Source of the DNA: Chthonomonadales bacterium | Lineage (GTDB): Bacteria; Armatimonadota; Chthonomonadetes; Chthonomonadales; Chthonomonadaceae | Assembly: GCA_038217285.1 (NCBI GenBank) | Contig: JBBQPO010000229.1 | Coordinates: 1-10,169 of the forward strand | Length of the DNA stretch: 10,169 bases | Direction of reading: 5' to 3' | Shown here: one piece after another, positions 1 to 7,387 of the stretch | Position numbering within the stretch: position 1 is the stretch's first letter | Layout of the letters: the number at the start of each line of letters is the position of its first letter | The notes under the pieces: model-generated | Told to the model about the DNA's origin: nothing | Seen by the model: the letters and a program-made list of their open reading frames with translations, nothing else | Database searches by the model: none | Made by a program: the position numbers and the translations under genes

Positions 1-1
1 C

Positions 2-190
2 GCTCTGGCGCGTAGCGGGGGCATCTTTCTGTAAGCCTTCAATCTGTGCCGCGCCCTGGAACATGGGGCCTTTACCGACCCTCAGGCGCTCCCGAGCGCG
101 GACCGGTTTTATCCGGCGTTTCTGGCGCGTCTGCGGGAGCGGGCGGGGGCGACGACGTTCGACCAGGTTCACCTGCGTCTTCTTCTGCTG
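2..190 (+). pseudogene. Upstream in-frame continuation of the TPR gene: STAND/NACHT-type helical domain and start of the winged-helix region, interrupted by TAA at 32-34; gene 5' end lies outside the window
   Basis: The same frame as ORF 191..1321 reads ALARSGGIFL*AFNLCRALEHGAFTDPQALPSADRFYPAFLARLRERAGATTFDQVHLRLLLLL and runs into the ORF. SGGIFL(Y)A followed by LP..Y..FL.RL resembles the G-x-F-L-Y/W-A and LP-xx-L-xx-Y motifs that follow NACHT ATPase cores. Confidence 0.6.
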
Positions 191-1321
191 TTGACCGTAG
201 CGCGTCAGCCCGTGACATCCCTGCAACTGCATCGCTGGGGGGTGAGCACGGACAGCCTTCGTTTCGCCGTTGTCGACCTGCGCGACTTCCTGCATGTACA
301 TCGCGGCCCACGCTGGCATGAGGCACTGTCGGACAAGGCGGACGAGGAGGCGCGTTACGAGTTAGCGCACGAGGCGTTTTCGCGCTATGTGCAGGCCGAT
401 GCAGACCTTGCGTCGGGGCTGCTCGGGATGCATGCGACCATCGCTTCGCGCGCCCTGGTCGACCACGCGGGGCGTTGGGAGCAGGTCGATGCCGAAGATG
501 CTGAGGATCTGTATGACATTCGGCATGTGGCGGCGCATCTTCAGGCCATGGGGCGGGAAGCCGGTGAGATCGGCCAGGATCTCGGCCCGGACTACATTGC
601 GGCCTGCATTGCGCTCTCCACCCTGGCGTATGGTCGATCTCGGTATCGCGCCGTGCTCGATCTGATGGAAAACGTGATTGGCATCCTGCGGCCTCTGGTG
701 GAGGCGGGGCGCACCGAACTGGCAAACGACCTGGCTGCCGCGCTCATGAACAAAGGCAATGCTCAGCAGGGTCTGGGCGAGTTGCGCGCGGCGATCCAAA
801 GTTATGACGAAGCCATCGGCATCCTGCGGCCTCTGGTGGAGGCGGGGCGCACCGAACTGGCAAACGATCTGGCTGCCGCGCTCATGAACAAAGGCAATGT
901 TCTTGCTCAGGAGGACCGGTGGCAGGAGGCTATCGACTGCTATGACAAGGGAATCGCGCTCTGGCAAGCGCAGATTGAAGCGGGCCGGACACATTTTCTT
1001 CCCATGCTGCTCAAGGCACGTGGCATCCGTATCGACCTGTTCCGACGGTTGTCGTACTGGGACGCCGCAGCCGAGGAGGTAATGGAGGCTATCGCAGGCA
1101 TCGTGCCACACTTGGAATCGGATACCCTGTCTGAGGGCCTGGCACGGGAGTTTGGCGCCTTTCTGTACCGCCTGCAAGCGCTGGCTCCGGCGGAGCGAGC
1201 GGGGCTGTCTGCCGCATTAGGACCGGAACTGACGCAATGGCTTCGGGCCAGGTTTGGCCTGTGGAGCGATGAGAACGTTACGGAGGCAGAGGCGGCAGAC
1301 GGCAGCGAACAAGACGATTGA
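191..1321 (+). CDS. Tetratricopeptide repeat protein; probably the C-terminal WHD + TPR sensor part of a NACHT/STAND NTPase (the TTG at 191 is probably not the true start)
   Basis: TPR-like repeats LAAALMNKGNAQQGLGELRAAIQSYDEAIGI and LAAALMNKGNVLAQEDRWQEAIDCYDKGIAL. The N-terminal LLTVARQPVT...LRDFL...RYELAHEAF (353-379) matches the winged-helix signature of NACHT proteins. Acidic C-terminal tail. Confidence 0.8.
   Translation: MTVARQPVTSLQLHRWGVSTDSLRFAVVDLRDFLHVHRGPRWHEALSDKADEEARYELAHEAFSRYVQADADLASGLLGMHATIASRALVDHAGRWEQVDAEDAEDLYDIRHVAAHLQAMGREAGEIGQDLGPDYIAACIALSTLAYGRSRYRAVLDLMENVIGILRPLVEAGRTELANDLAAALMNKGNAQQGLGELRAAIQSYDEAIGILRPLVEAGRTELANDLAAALMNKGNVLAQEDRWQEAIDCYDKGIALWQAQIEAGRTHFLPMLLKARGIRIDLFRRLSYWDAAAEEVMEAIAGIVPHLESDTLSEGLAREFGAFLYRLQALAPAERAGLSAALGPELTQWLRARFGLWSDENVTEAEAADGSEQDD
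680..899 (+). repeat. Intragenic direct repeat, 2 x 82 bp (680-761 and 818-899), period 138 bp = 46 codons
   Basis: GGCATCCTGCGGCCTCTGGTGGAGGCGGGGCGCACCGAACTGGCAAACGA(C/T)CTGGCTGCCGCGCTCATGAACAAAGGCAATG occurs twice with one synonymous mismatch (730 C vs 868 T). It encodes GILRPLVEAGRTELANDLAAALMNKGN. Confidence 0.95.
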
Positions 1322-1329
1322 ACTGCACC

Positions 1330-1334
1330 GGAGG
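1330..1334 (+). promoter_or_regulatory. Shine-Dalgarno sequence for ATG 1345
   Basis: GGAGG lies 10 nt upstream of ATG 1345 and just after the TPR gene stop at 1321. Confidence 0.5.
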
Positions 1335-1344
1335 AATTCACTGA

Positions 1345-2583
1345 ATGAGCGGGCCCGCTCGCCGCGAGCCCTGCGCTACGCCGTGGAAGAGTATGTCACC
1401 AACCGAACCAAAAATAGAAAAGCATTTCACTATGATTCTCTATCCCTTTCAGCTCGACCTGAGCGGGCGCAATCGTAAGCGACGCCTGGACGCGCTGTGG
1501 GATCGGTGGCAGCCCTGGTGGAAACGACTGGAGACAGAGGAGGCAGTGGTGCGAGCCATCGACGATACCTACTTCTTTCTGCCGCACATTCGCACCCTCC
1601 TGTTCCCCGAACTACAGTCCCTGCACCCTCGAACCGGAGGAACGACCGATATAACGTCGGCGAAGATTGGCGACAATGTGGCGGAGGATGCGGTCATGCG
1701 CCTGACGCTGCAACCCCGGCATGACGATCCGCTGCAACAGCTCCGGCTTCTAAGCAAGCGACCGGACCAATCCGACTTTCACTATGACTTTCGGCTGGAA
1801 TGGGGGGATGTGGCTCTCTTTCCACAGGAGGTGGGCCTGCTCATTTTCAAGGTGAGCCTGATCGCCCCACTGGAAACGCGAGAGGTCGTCGAGTTTCTGC
1901 GTGAAGCGCGTCGAATCCATCCCCTGCGTCCCGATCTGAGCGTCGCTGCCTGGAAATCTGCCCCCGATCTGACCTTCACTGCCCGCGACCTCGTGGATTT
2001 CTACCTGCAGGGCCTTACGGACCTTAAGGGCGATCTGGACCACAGCTTTGCGAGTTTTCTCCGGAGATCTAACCGTGACGCTCCCGACGCCGAAAGGCCC
2101 GATCGCTATTCGCTCATGGACGCCGGCGAGGTGTATGGCGAAGGGTTCTTCCGGTATTCGTATGCCTGCCGGCCCCAGGTTGTGGAGGCTGCCGGCGCTC
2201 CTTCGCGGAACCGTTCCCATGATGCGGGTTCACTTGAGGACATACAGGCGTCGCGCCCCCCGCCCCTCGATCCCAGGCATTCGCATTCCGACACCCTCTT
2301 TGAGAACGATGAGACGCGCATCCTCTACCAGTTAGCTACCTGCACCGACCTTGACCATATCGACTCCCGGCCGCATCGACAGGGACTGCAGCATCTTCTG
2401 CGCCAGGGCCATATCGCCTGGTGGGCGAACTGGCAGGGGCTCGCGCTGCAGAGCAATGTGGTGTTTCTGGGATTGCATTCTTCAGTTCCGCCCTCGTCCA
2501 GGTCCAAAACGGACATCTGGTGTTTCCACACAGCGCATGGACCATGCTTGGGAAAGTCTCCCTCATCGTCTACCCGACATTGA
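1345..2583 (+). CDS. Hypothetical protein resembling the soluble N-terminal domain of divergent CorA-like (CRISPR/conflict-associated) membrane effectors; probably disrupted after about nt 2470
   Basis: Motifs ILYPF...W...YFFLPHIRTLLFP (1570-1608), DVALFPQEVGLLIFKV and WWANWQGLALQSNVVFLG recall the CorA-like family. The last ~35 aa are Ser/Pro-rich and look out of frame. Alternative start ATG 1393. Confidence 0.55.
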   Translation: MSGPARREPCATPWKSMSPTEPKIEKHFTMILYPFQLDLSGRNRKRRLDALWDRWQPWWKRLETEEAVVRAIDDTYFFLPHIRTLLFPELQSLHPRTGGTTDITSAKIGDNVAEDAVMRLTLQPRHDDPLQQLRLLSKRPDQSDFHYDFRLEWGDVALFPQEVGLLIFKVSLIAPLETREVVEFLREARRIHPLRPDLSVAAWKSAPDLTFTARDLVDFYLQGLTDLKGDLDHSFASFLRRSNRDAPDAERPDRYSLMDAGEVYGEGFFRYSYACRPQVVEAAGAPSRNRSHDAGSLEDIQASRPPPLDPRHSHSDTLFENDETRILYQLATCTDLDHIDSRPHRQGLQHLLRQGHIAWWANWQGLALQSNVVFLGLHSSVPPSSRSKTDIWCFHTAHGPCLGKSPSSSTRH

Positions 2584-2624
2584 CGCTCGTCTGGCTGCTC
2601 TGGCACCGGATGGACAGGGAATAG
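2463..2624 (+). pseudogene. Out-of-frame transmembrane C-terminus probably belonging to the 1345 gene
   Basis: Frame 3 reads GIAFFSSALVQVQNGHLVFPHSAWTMLGKVSLIVYPTLTLVWLLWHRMDRE*. This is the end of one hydrophobic helix, a loop, a full TM helix and a short charged tail, the layout of a CorA-type two-TM C-terminus. Its stop lies just before the RBS of the next gene. Confidence 0.5.
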
Positions 2625-2660
2625 CTTTTCCTTTTCATTCGTTTGTAAAGGTGAGATAGA

Positions 2661-3878
2661 ATGTCTTCCAAACTTCCACTCTCGTTGGATGCTAAGATCG
2701 CAAATTTATCCGATAGACTAGACCCCGTGTTACGGAGCGAACTCAAGATTTCACTTAGTACACTCCGGAACGCCGATAAACCTGATCCGTTTGGTACTGT
2801 GGTAAGGTTAGAGCGTCTGTCTTTGAAACTGCTCACAAAGATCCTGGAAGCTTCCGGGCATAAAATGCCCAGTGCAAATCTTTACAATTGTCTCACATAT
2901 GCGGGAAGAGGCGACCCTTCGAGCAAAACCACGGGGCTCAAACTCCTGCCTGATGAAATCGAAACGGCGCTGCATCCAATTCGCGTTTGGTCCGGAAAAA
3001 ATAAACATGATCTGGAAAAGGTTTCCCTTAACGTTTCGGACGCCGAAACGGCGCTTCATCTTTATCTCAGAGTACTGGAGTGGTATTACACCGAATATGA
3101 CAAGGGGCCTCGACTGCAGACGATCTACTCTCCTGTCTCCCTGGTTACTGGTCGAAGGGCCAGCGTACGCTCCGCAGTATATGCGTTAATCGTTATTGCC
3201 GGCGCCCTGCTTCTTACAAAAATACTTCCGCGCTTCAGTTCGACTGTATCCGCACTCTCACCATCCAGCAAAAATACCTCGATCTGGCAAGTATATCGTC
3301 CCGCTGACGGAAGTTATGTAATCGAATTCAAAGGCAAACCCCAAGAACTGAGCGCGCAGAACGCAGTGATGTCTCATTATGCAGGTGTTACGTATGCAGT
3401 CTACTCAACCAATATAACGGGCACAATAGCATCGACATCTGACGAGCAAGCGTACCTAACGAAACAGTTAACTCATATCGCACAGGCGTTTCCGAGTAAT
3501 GACGGCTCAATCGTCGAACTTCCCACATCAAACTCGTCCACACTGGATGGCTGCCCGGCAAAGCGATTCAGCATTCACCGCCCGCAAAACGAATGTACAG
3601 GGCTGCTTGTTCTCGCCCTTGGTCGCCTGTACGAGGTCACGGCAGTTGGCAAAGGACTGGCTTCTCACTCGATGGAAATCAGGCATTTCCTCGACTCGTT
3701 TCATCCGAAATTCTCGGCCGATCACACGCCATTGCCAGCCAGTTCGGTCTCCTCCGAACCTGGAATAGTGCCCACCCAATTGGACACGCTCACGAAAACA
3801 ACCGCTCCAGTGCAGCACATTAAGATTCAGGTCCGACCATTAGCCCGAAAAGTTATCGATAGACGTGAGATACCTTGA
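2661..3878 (+). CDS. Single-pass membrane protein: N-terminal DUF4145/HEPN-like domain, TM helix, extracytoplasmic PsbP/DcrB-like domain
   Basis: 405-aa ORF with RBS-like AAAGGTGAG upstream. Helical N-terminus with LHPIRVWSGKNKH (R108-x7-H116, nt 2982-3008) followed by DAETAL...VLEWY. TM AVYALIVIAGALLLTKIL (~3174-3227) preceded by Arg residues. Then WQVYRPADGSYVIEFKGKP...GRLYEV...FLDSF, and a Pro/Ser/Thr-rich tail. Confidence 0.7.
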   Translation: MSSKLPLSLDAKIANLSDRLDPVLRSELKISLSTLRNADKPDPFGTVVRLERLSLKLLTKILEASGHKMPSANLYNCLTYAGRGDPSSKTTGLKLLPDEIETALHPIRVWSGKNKHDLEKVSLNVSDAETALHLYLRVLEWYYTEYDKGPRLQTIYSPVSLVTGRRASVRSAVYALIVIAGALLLTKILPRFSSTVSALSPSSKNTSIWQVYRPADGSYVIEFKGKPQELSAQNAVMSHYAGVTYAVYSTNITGTIASTSDEQAYLTKQLTHIAQAFPSNDGSIVELPTSNSSTLDGCPAKRFSIHRPQNECTGLLVLALGRLYEVTAVGKGLASHSMEIRHFLDSFHPKFSADHTPLPASSVSSEPGIVPTQLDTLTKTTAPVQHIKIQVRPLARKVIDRREIP

Positions 3879-5619
3879 AGCCTAGCTCGATCTGGGTCTT
3901 GCTCTCTCTATCCACATGCCATTCATCGTCCCCGGTTACATGGCCACCATAGCTTCCCCTCACCTTATAATTTCCAGGTGAAACAGTGACGGTGCGGGAT
4001 TTTGCAGGTGCAAGATAGAATGAACGACTGGTCGAACCGATCACATTTACGGCAAGCCCCACGTTTCCGACGTTCGTAATAGTGATTTGTCCCCTGGGAA
4101 TGTCCTCATCTGTTAGCGTCCAGACCTGCTCGCCAGCTTCGAAACTTCGGATCCCCCCCGCTACAAACTCTCCCGCTCGAATTTGGTAGGGATATTTACC
4201 CGTCCTGAACGTCATTTTGCCACTGCCGTTCGGGCCTATGGATAACGCGTGGTCCCCTATCCGTGTCACCAGCGTGGAAGAGGTTTGGTTGTTTATGCTA
4301 AGCAGCGTGCGAGGAAACATATTCCCCTCGATGGTCCACTCTTCGCTGTATGTGAACTCGCGCTCCCCAGACATAACAGCCGGCCCCGCACTTACCTGGT
4401 AAGCATGGCTCCCTGGTGTTATGGGAAGCGCGATGCTCTGCATCGGAGGCACGGACCGCTGCACCGAGCCGATCAACACCTGTAGTGGAACCTCCACGCG
4501 GTTGATTACGACCACCGTGGGCAGGTCCTTTTGTACCTTGACCAACCAGGGGGCCAGGCGCAATGCTGCGTCCAGGTCAGGCCCAGGTGCAACCTCCCCG
4601 CGGCCGCGGGCCCGTGACAGTTCCATCCTGGAGAGCGCATCCCCAGGCCATGCGCGTACCGCTTCACTGGCTGCCGCCACGGCGCCGTCGAAGTCGCCGT
4701 CCGCACTGCGCGCGTGCGCGAGTTGTCGCTGGATTCGCCCGGAGCGCGGCCGTAACTTGCCTGCCGCTTCCGCCTGTTCTCGTGCTGTCTGCCTCGTCTG
4801 CGTCGCGTCCCCGCCCGATTCCGTAGTCATTGTGGCAAGCAATGACTCGGCATGTGAAATAGCGGCTAGTGCCTCGGCGTAATTGGGATCTATGTTCAAT
4901 GCCTGTCGAAAGAGTTCTACGGCGGCCAGTAAATCATCGGAAGTATGGCTTTTCATCCGCTGGGTGCCCTCGGCGTACTTCTTATGAGCTACGATAGATC
5001 CGGTCGCCCGGCTCTCGGCGGTCATCCGAGACCGTTCCGTGGCACTGGGGGACACGCTCATTGCCGCCACAACTCCCTTACAAACGGTATCCAACTGCGG
5101 GAAATAGTCATTGGGATAAGTGCCTGCACCGCGAATTGTTGCGCCCGACAGCACGTGTCCCGTCCTGACATCGAGCAGACGGGCTTCGATCCGGAACCTA
5201 TCTCCGACCCGCTGATAGCTGCCCATTACGACCACATCGGCACTCATGAGAGATCCGAGTTTGACTGCGTCAGACTCTTTTCTCGTATCCTGGATACTGC
5301 TCTGCTGTGCCACATCGGCAGCGACGGCCGGATCCACAACGGCTAACCCGTTTACACATTCCAGCGCGCCCGCAAGGCTATCGAGAATTCCTTCGCTCAG
5401 AGGAGCCGTTTCCGCGTCGCTAAGCGCGTTAAAAAACGGCAGAACCGCCACGCGTGGTGGCCTGGACCATGCGGTTCTCTGAAGCAAAACGTTGTTATGG
5501 CCCGTGCGCACCGGGTTCCTTCGTCTCTGCCCAGTTGCGAATGAGGCAGGCAAGACGAAGGCCAAAAACAATAACAGCGGAACACCCCATTTCAAGTTTG
5601 AACTTGGCATGCGTGTCAT
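3853..5619 (-). CDS. Exported protein: signal peptide, TolB-N/CsgG/FlgO-like domain, TPR repeats, three tandem beta-sandwich modules
   Basis: GGAGG 6 nt before ATG 5619 gives MTRMPSSNLKWGVPLLLFLAFVLPASFA (signal peptide-like). RVAVLPFFN...ADVVVMGSYQRVGDRFRIEARLLDVRTG is the TolB-N/CsgG-like pattern. AVELFRQALNIDPNYAEALAAI is a TPR. The frame is open upstream to ATG 5826, so the start is ambiguous. Confidence 0.8.
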   Translation of the reverse strand: MTRMPSSNLKWGVPLLLFLAFVLPASFATGQRRRNPVRTGHNNVLLQRTAWSRPPRVAVLPFFNALSDAETAPLSEGILDSLAGALECVNGLAVVDPAVAADVAQQSSIQDTRKESDAVKLGSLMSADVVVMGSYQRVGDRFRIEARLLDVRTGHVLSGATIRGAGTYPNDYFPQLDTVCKGVVAAMSVSPSATERSRMTAESRATGSIVAHKKYAEGTQRMKSHTSDDLLAAVELFRQALNIDPNYAEALAAISHAESLLATMTTESGGDATQTRQTAREQAEAAGKLRPRSGRIQRQLAHARSADGDFDGAVAAASEAVRAWPGDALSRMELSRARGRGEVAPGPDLDAALRLAPWLVKVQKDLPTVVVINRVEVPLQVLIGSVQRSVPPMQSIALPITPGSHAYQVSAGPAVMSGEREFTYSEEWTIEGNMFPRTLLSINNQTSSTLVTRIGDHALSIGPNGSGKMTFRTGKYPYQIRAGEFVAGGIRSFEAGEQVWTLTDEDIPRGQITITNVGNVGLAVNVIGSTSRSFYLAPAKSRTVTVSPGNYKVRGSYGGHVTGDDEWHVDRESKTQIELGFKVSHVYR

Positions 5620-5839
5620 CAGCGTCCTCCAGGCACTATACAGGGCCTCATCATCGAATTCCAGCCTGATCCCGGGCGCAACGGCGCCGATTTTGGCCGG
5701 TCTGAATGTACTCCCGCTCTCGAAAAACTGCCTTCCACAAACCCGCCTCATCCCGTAGCGAACCCAGATGAGCGAGCATACCTGGCCGTTTTCGCCACAT
5801 CGGGTACAGATTTCGAAATAAGCCATCGCAAATTTCCTC

Positions 5840-6619
5840 TCAGATAGCGCGCATGGCGATGTTCACTTCATGCGGCTGAGAGATCGTTAGCAGCATCCAG
5901 CCCTGTGCCTGATCACCCCACGGTAGTCCGAAAGAGATGGCGGGAGATGGCGCTAACAGAATGCCGTTGTGTTGAAGCGTAAGAGGGTGATGGGTATGGC
6001 CGGAGAGGATCGCACAAACGCGTCCCCGCTGTAACAGCGTCATTAGCCGGTTTCGTTGGACAGGATCTATATTCCACTGGTCAGGCGGTTCGTTCCGCGT
6101 GTGCACGAAAGGCGGATAGTGCGTGAGAAGGACCGTCGTTTCCGGCGTCGATGTTCGCAATTGATCGTCCAGAAACGCCCACTGTTGATTCTCGCGCGGC
6201 AAATTGCTTCCGAATAGCGAGGCAGTGACACCGATGACACGCAGCCCTTTGAACCGCTCTACGAAAAACGCGGGGCCGATACGGGCTTCATAGGCATTTA
6301 GGCTGGCCTCGGTGATCGGGTTCGAGCCACCGACCGATAGCTTGTCCCCCACATCATGGTTGCCCGCGACAAAACACACGGGCGCATTGAACCGCCGCAT
6401 CTGTTCGAGGGCTATCTCCACGTCTTCCGGAGCGGCACGGTCGGTCAGGTCGCCGGCGAAGAGAACCAACCCCACACTGGATCCATTGGCGGCGGCAATC
6501 ACTTCGTTCAGGCGTCGGCGATGGAGCGTTCCCGTCCCGTCCGCATCGCGCGACAGGTGCGTATCCGAAACGAGCGCTACGCGCACTATTGCGGCATATT
6601 GGAGGTTATGTGGCGCCAT
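5840..6619 (-). CDS. Calcineurin-like metallophosphoesterase (CpdA/Icc-like)
   Basis: All five family motifs are present in order: SDTH, GDLTD, GNHD, THYP, GHTH. 259 aa, no signal peptide. Confidence 0.93.
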   Translation of the reverse strand: MAPHNLQYAAIVRVALVSDTHLSRDADGTGTLHRRRLNEVIAAANGSSVGLVLFAGDLTDRAAPEDVEIALEQMRRFNAPVCFVAGNHDVGDKLSVGGSNPITEASLNAYEARIGPAFFVERFKGLRVIGVTASLFGSNLPRENQQWAFLDDQLRTSTPETTVLLTHYPPFVHTRNEPPDQWNIDPVQRNRLMTLLQRGRVCAILSGHTHHPLTLQHNGILLAPSPAISFGLPWGDQAQGWMLLTISQPHEVNIAMRAI

Positions 6620-6640
6620 AAGCGAGAGTGAAATCCAAAA

Positions 6641-7387
6641 TCAAGCGTGACTGTTGTTCACTCCATCCTCCTTTTCAACAGTCAGCCATAAAGCGCAGGC
6701 TTGAATCTTTTCGCGGACATACCGGCAGAACGCGTCGTGGCCGCGATTGCCGCTCTCGAAATAGGATGCCGTGTTATCGTAAAGAGGCAGCAGAGCGGAC
6801 CCACGCAGGAGAAGCATCGCGCCGAACGAGCGAGAGATACGGCCACAGCCATCGTAAAATGGATGCAGCGAGCCGCCGTTCAGTTCCCACTCCGCCCACG
6901 CCGCCAACGGCACGGGGTCGCCGGACTGTAGTTCCCCCCAGCGCAAATAGACCGTGTCACAGAACGATGCAACCGCCATTGGAAGCGCCTGCGCCGTAAC
7001 CTTCATCTGCGCGGCGGTAGTAGGCGCTTCGCCCTCCGGCGGTACGATCTCATGCGATCCGACCTCCCACGTCCGGTACCGGCCGGCGGGCAGAAGTCCC
7101 TCATTGGTAGTATCCGCAATTTGAAACAGCAGTGCCTGGACCTCTGCGCCGTTCCGTGGGGCGCGGTCCTGTCGCGTCTCAAAGAGAGAACGATGGACCA
7201 TCTGCTCATTTTCGGCGGACTTCGTGCGCAACGCATCTCCGATCAGGCGCAAAGGCAGTTTGTCGGCGCTGGTCTCGGTATTCGATATTCCTTTGCGGGT
7301 ACGGCTCAGGCGCAGGCTGATCTCGTGCAGGATGCGCGAGACGAAGCGCCAGTCTACACTGTGATAGTCAAACCGGTGGGAATCCAT
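6641..7387 (-). CDS. Fic/Doc family protein (putative AMP transferase)
   Basis: HPFYDGCGRISR at 6830-6865 matches HPFx(D/E)GNGRxxR with N replaced by C. The upstream AGRYRTWEV matches the G-x-Y/F-R pre-flap motif. RBS AAAGGA lies 8 nt before ATG 7387. Confidence 0.88.
   Translation of the reverse strand: MDSHRFDYHSVDWRFVSRILHEISLRLSRTRKGISNTETSADKLPLRLIGDALRTKSAENEQMVHRSLFETRQDRAPRNGAEVQALLFQIADTTNEGLLPAGRYRTWEVGSHEIVPPEGEAPTTAAQMKVTAQALPMAVASFCDTVYLRWGELQSGDPVPLAAWAEWELNGGSLHPFYDGCGRISRSFGAMLLLRGSALLPLYDNTASYFESGNRGHDAFCRYVREKIQACALWLTVEKEDGVNNSHA

Noticed and set aside
680-899. Direct repeat as a CRISPR array or mobile-element end
   Set aside because: Only two 82-bp copies, in frame within a TPR coding region; no spacer series, cas gene or transposase.
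72-1177. Minus-strand ORFs 72..725 (217 aa) and 362..1177 (271 aa)
   Set aside because: Antisense shadows of the TPR gene in GC-rich DNA, with no motifs; the internal repeat simply mirrors the TPR duplication.
1345-2624. Calling this a housekeeping corA Mg2+ transporter
   Set aside because: No GMN motif, no stalk helix and a disrupted frame; the resemblance is only to the divergent CorA-like family.
2624-2646. T-rich tract as an intrinsic terminator
   Set aside because: No convincing GC-rich hairpin precedes it.
5840-6619. Assigning the symbol cpdA
   Set aside because: The motifs are superfamily-wide and do not establish cAMP specificity or orthology.
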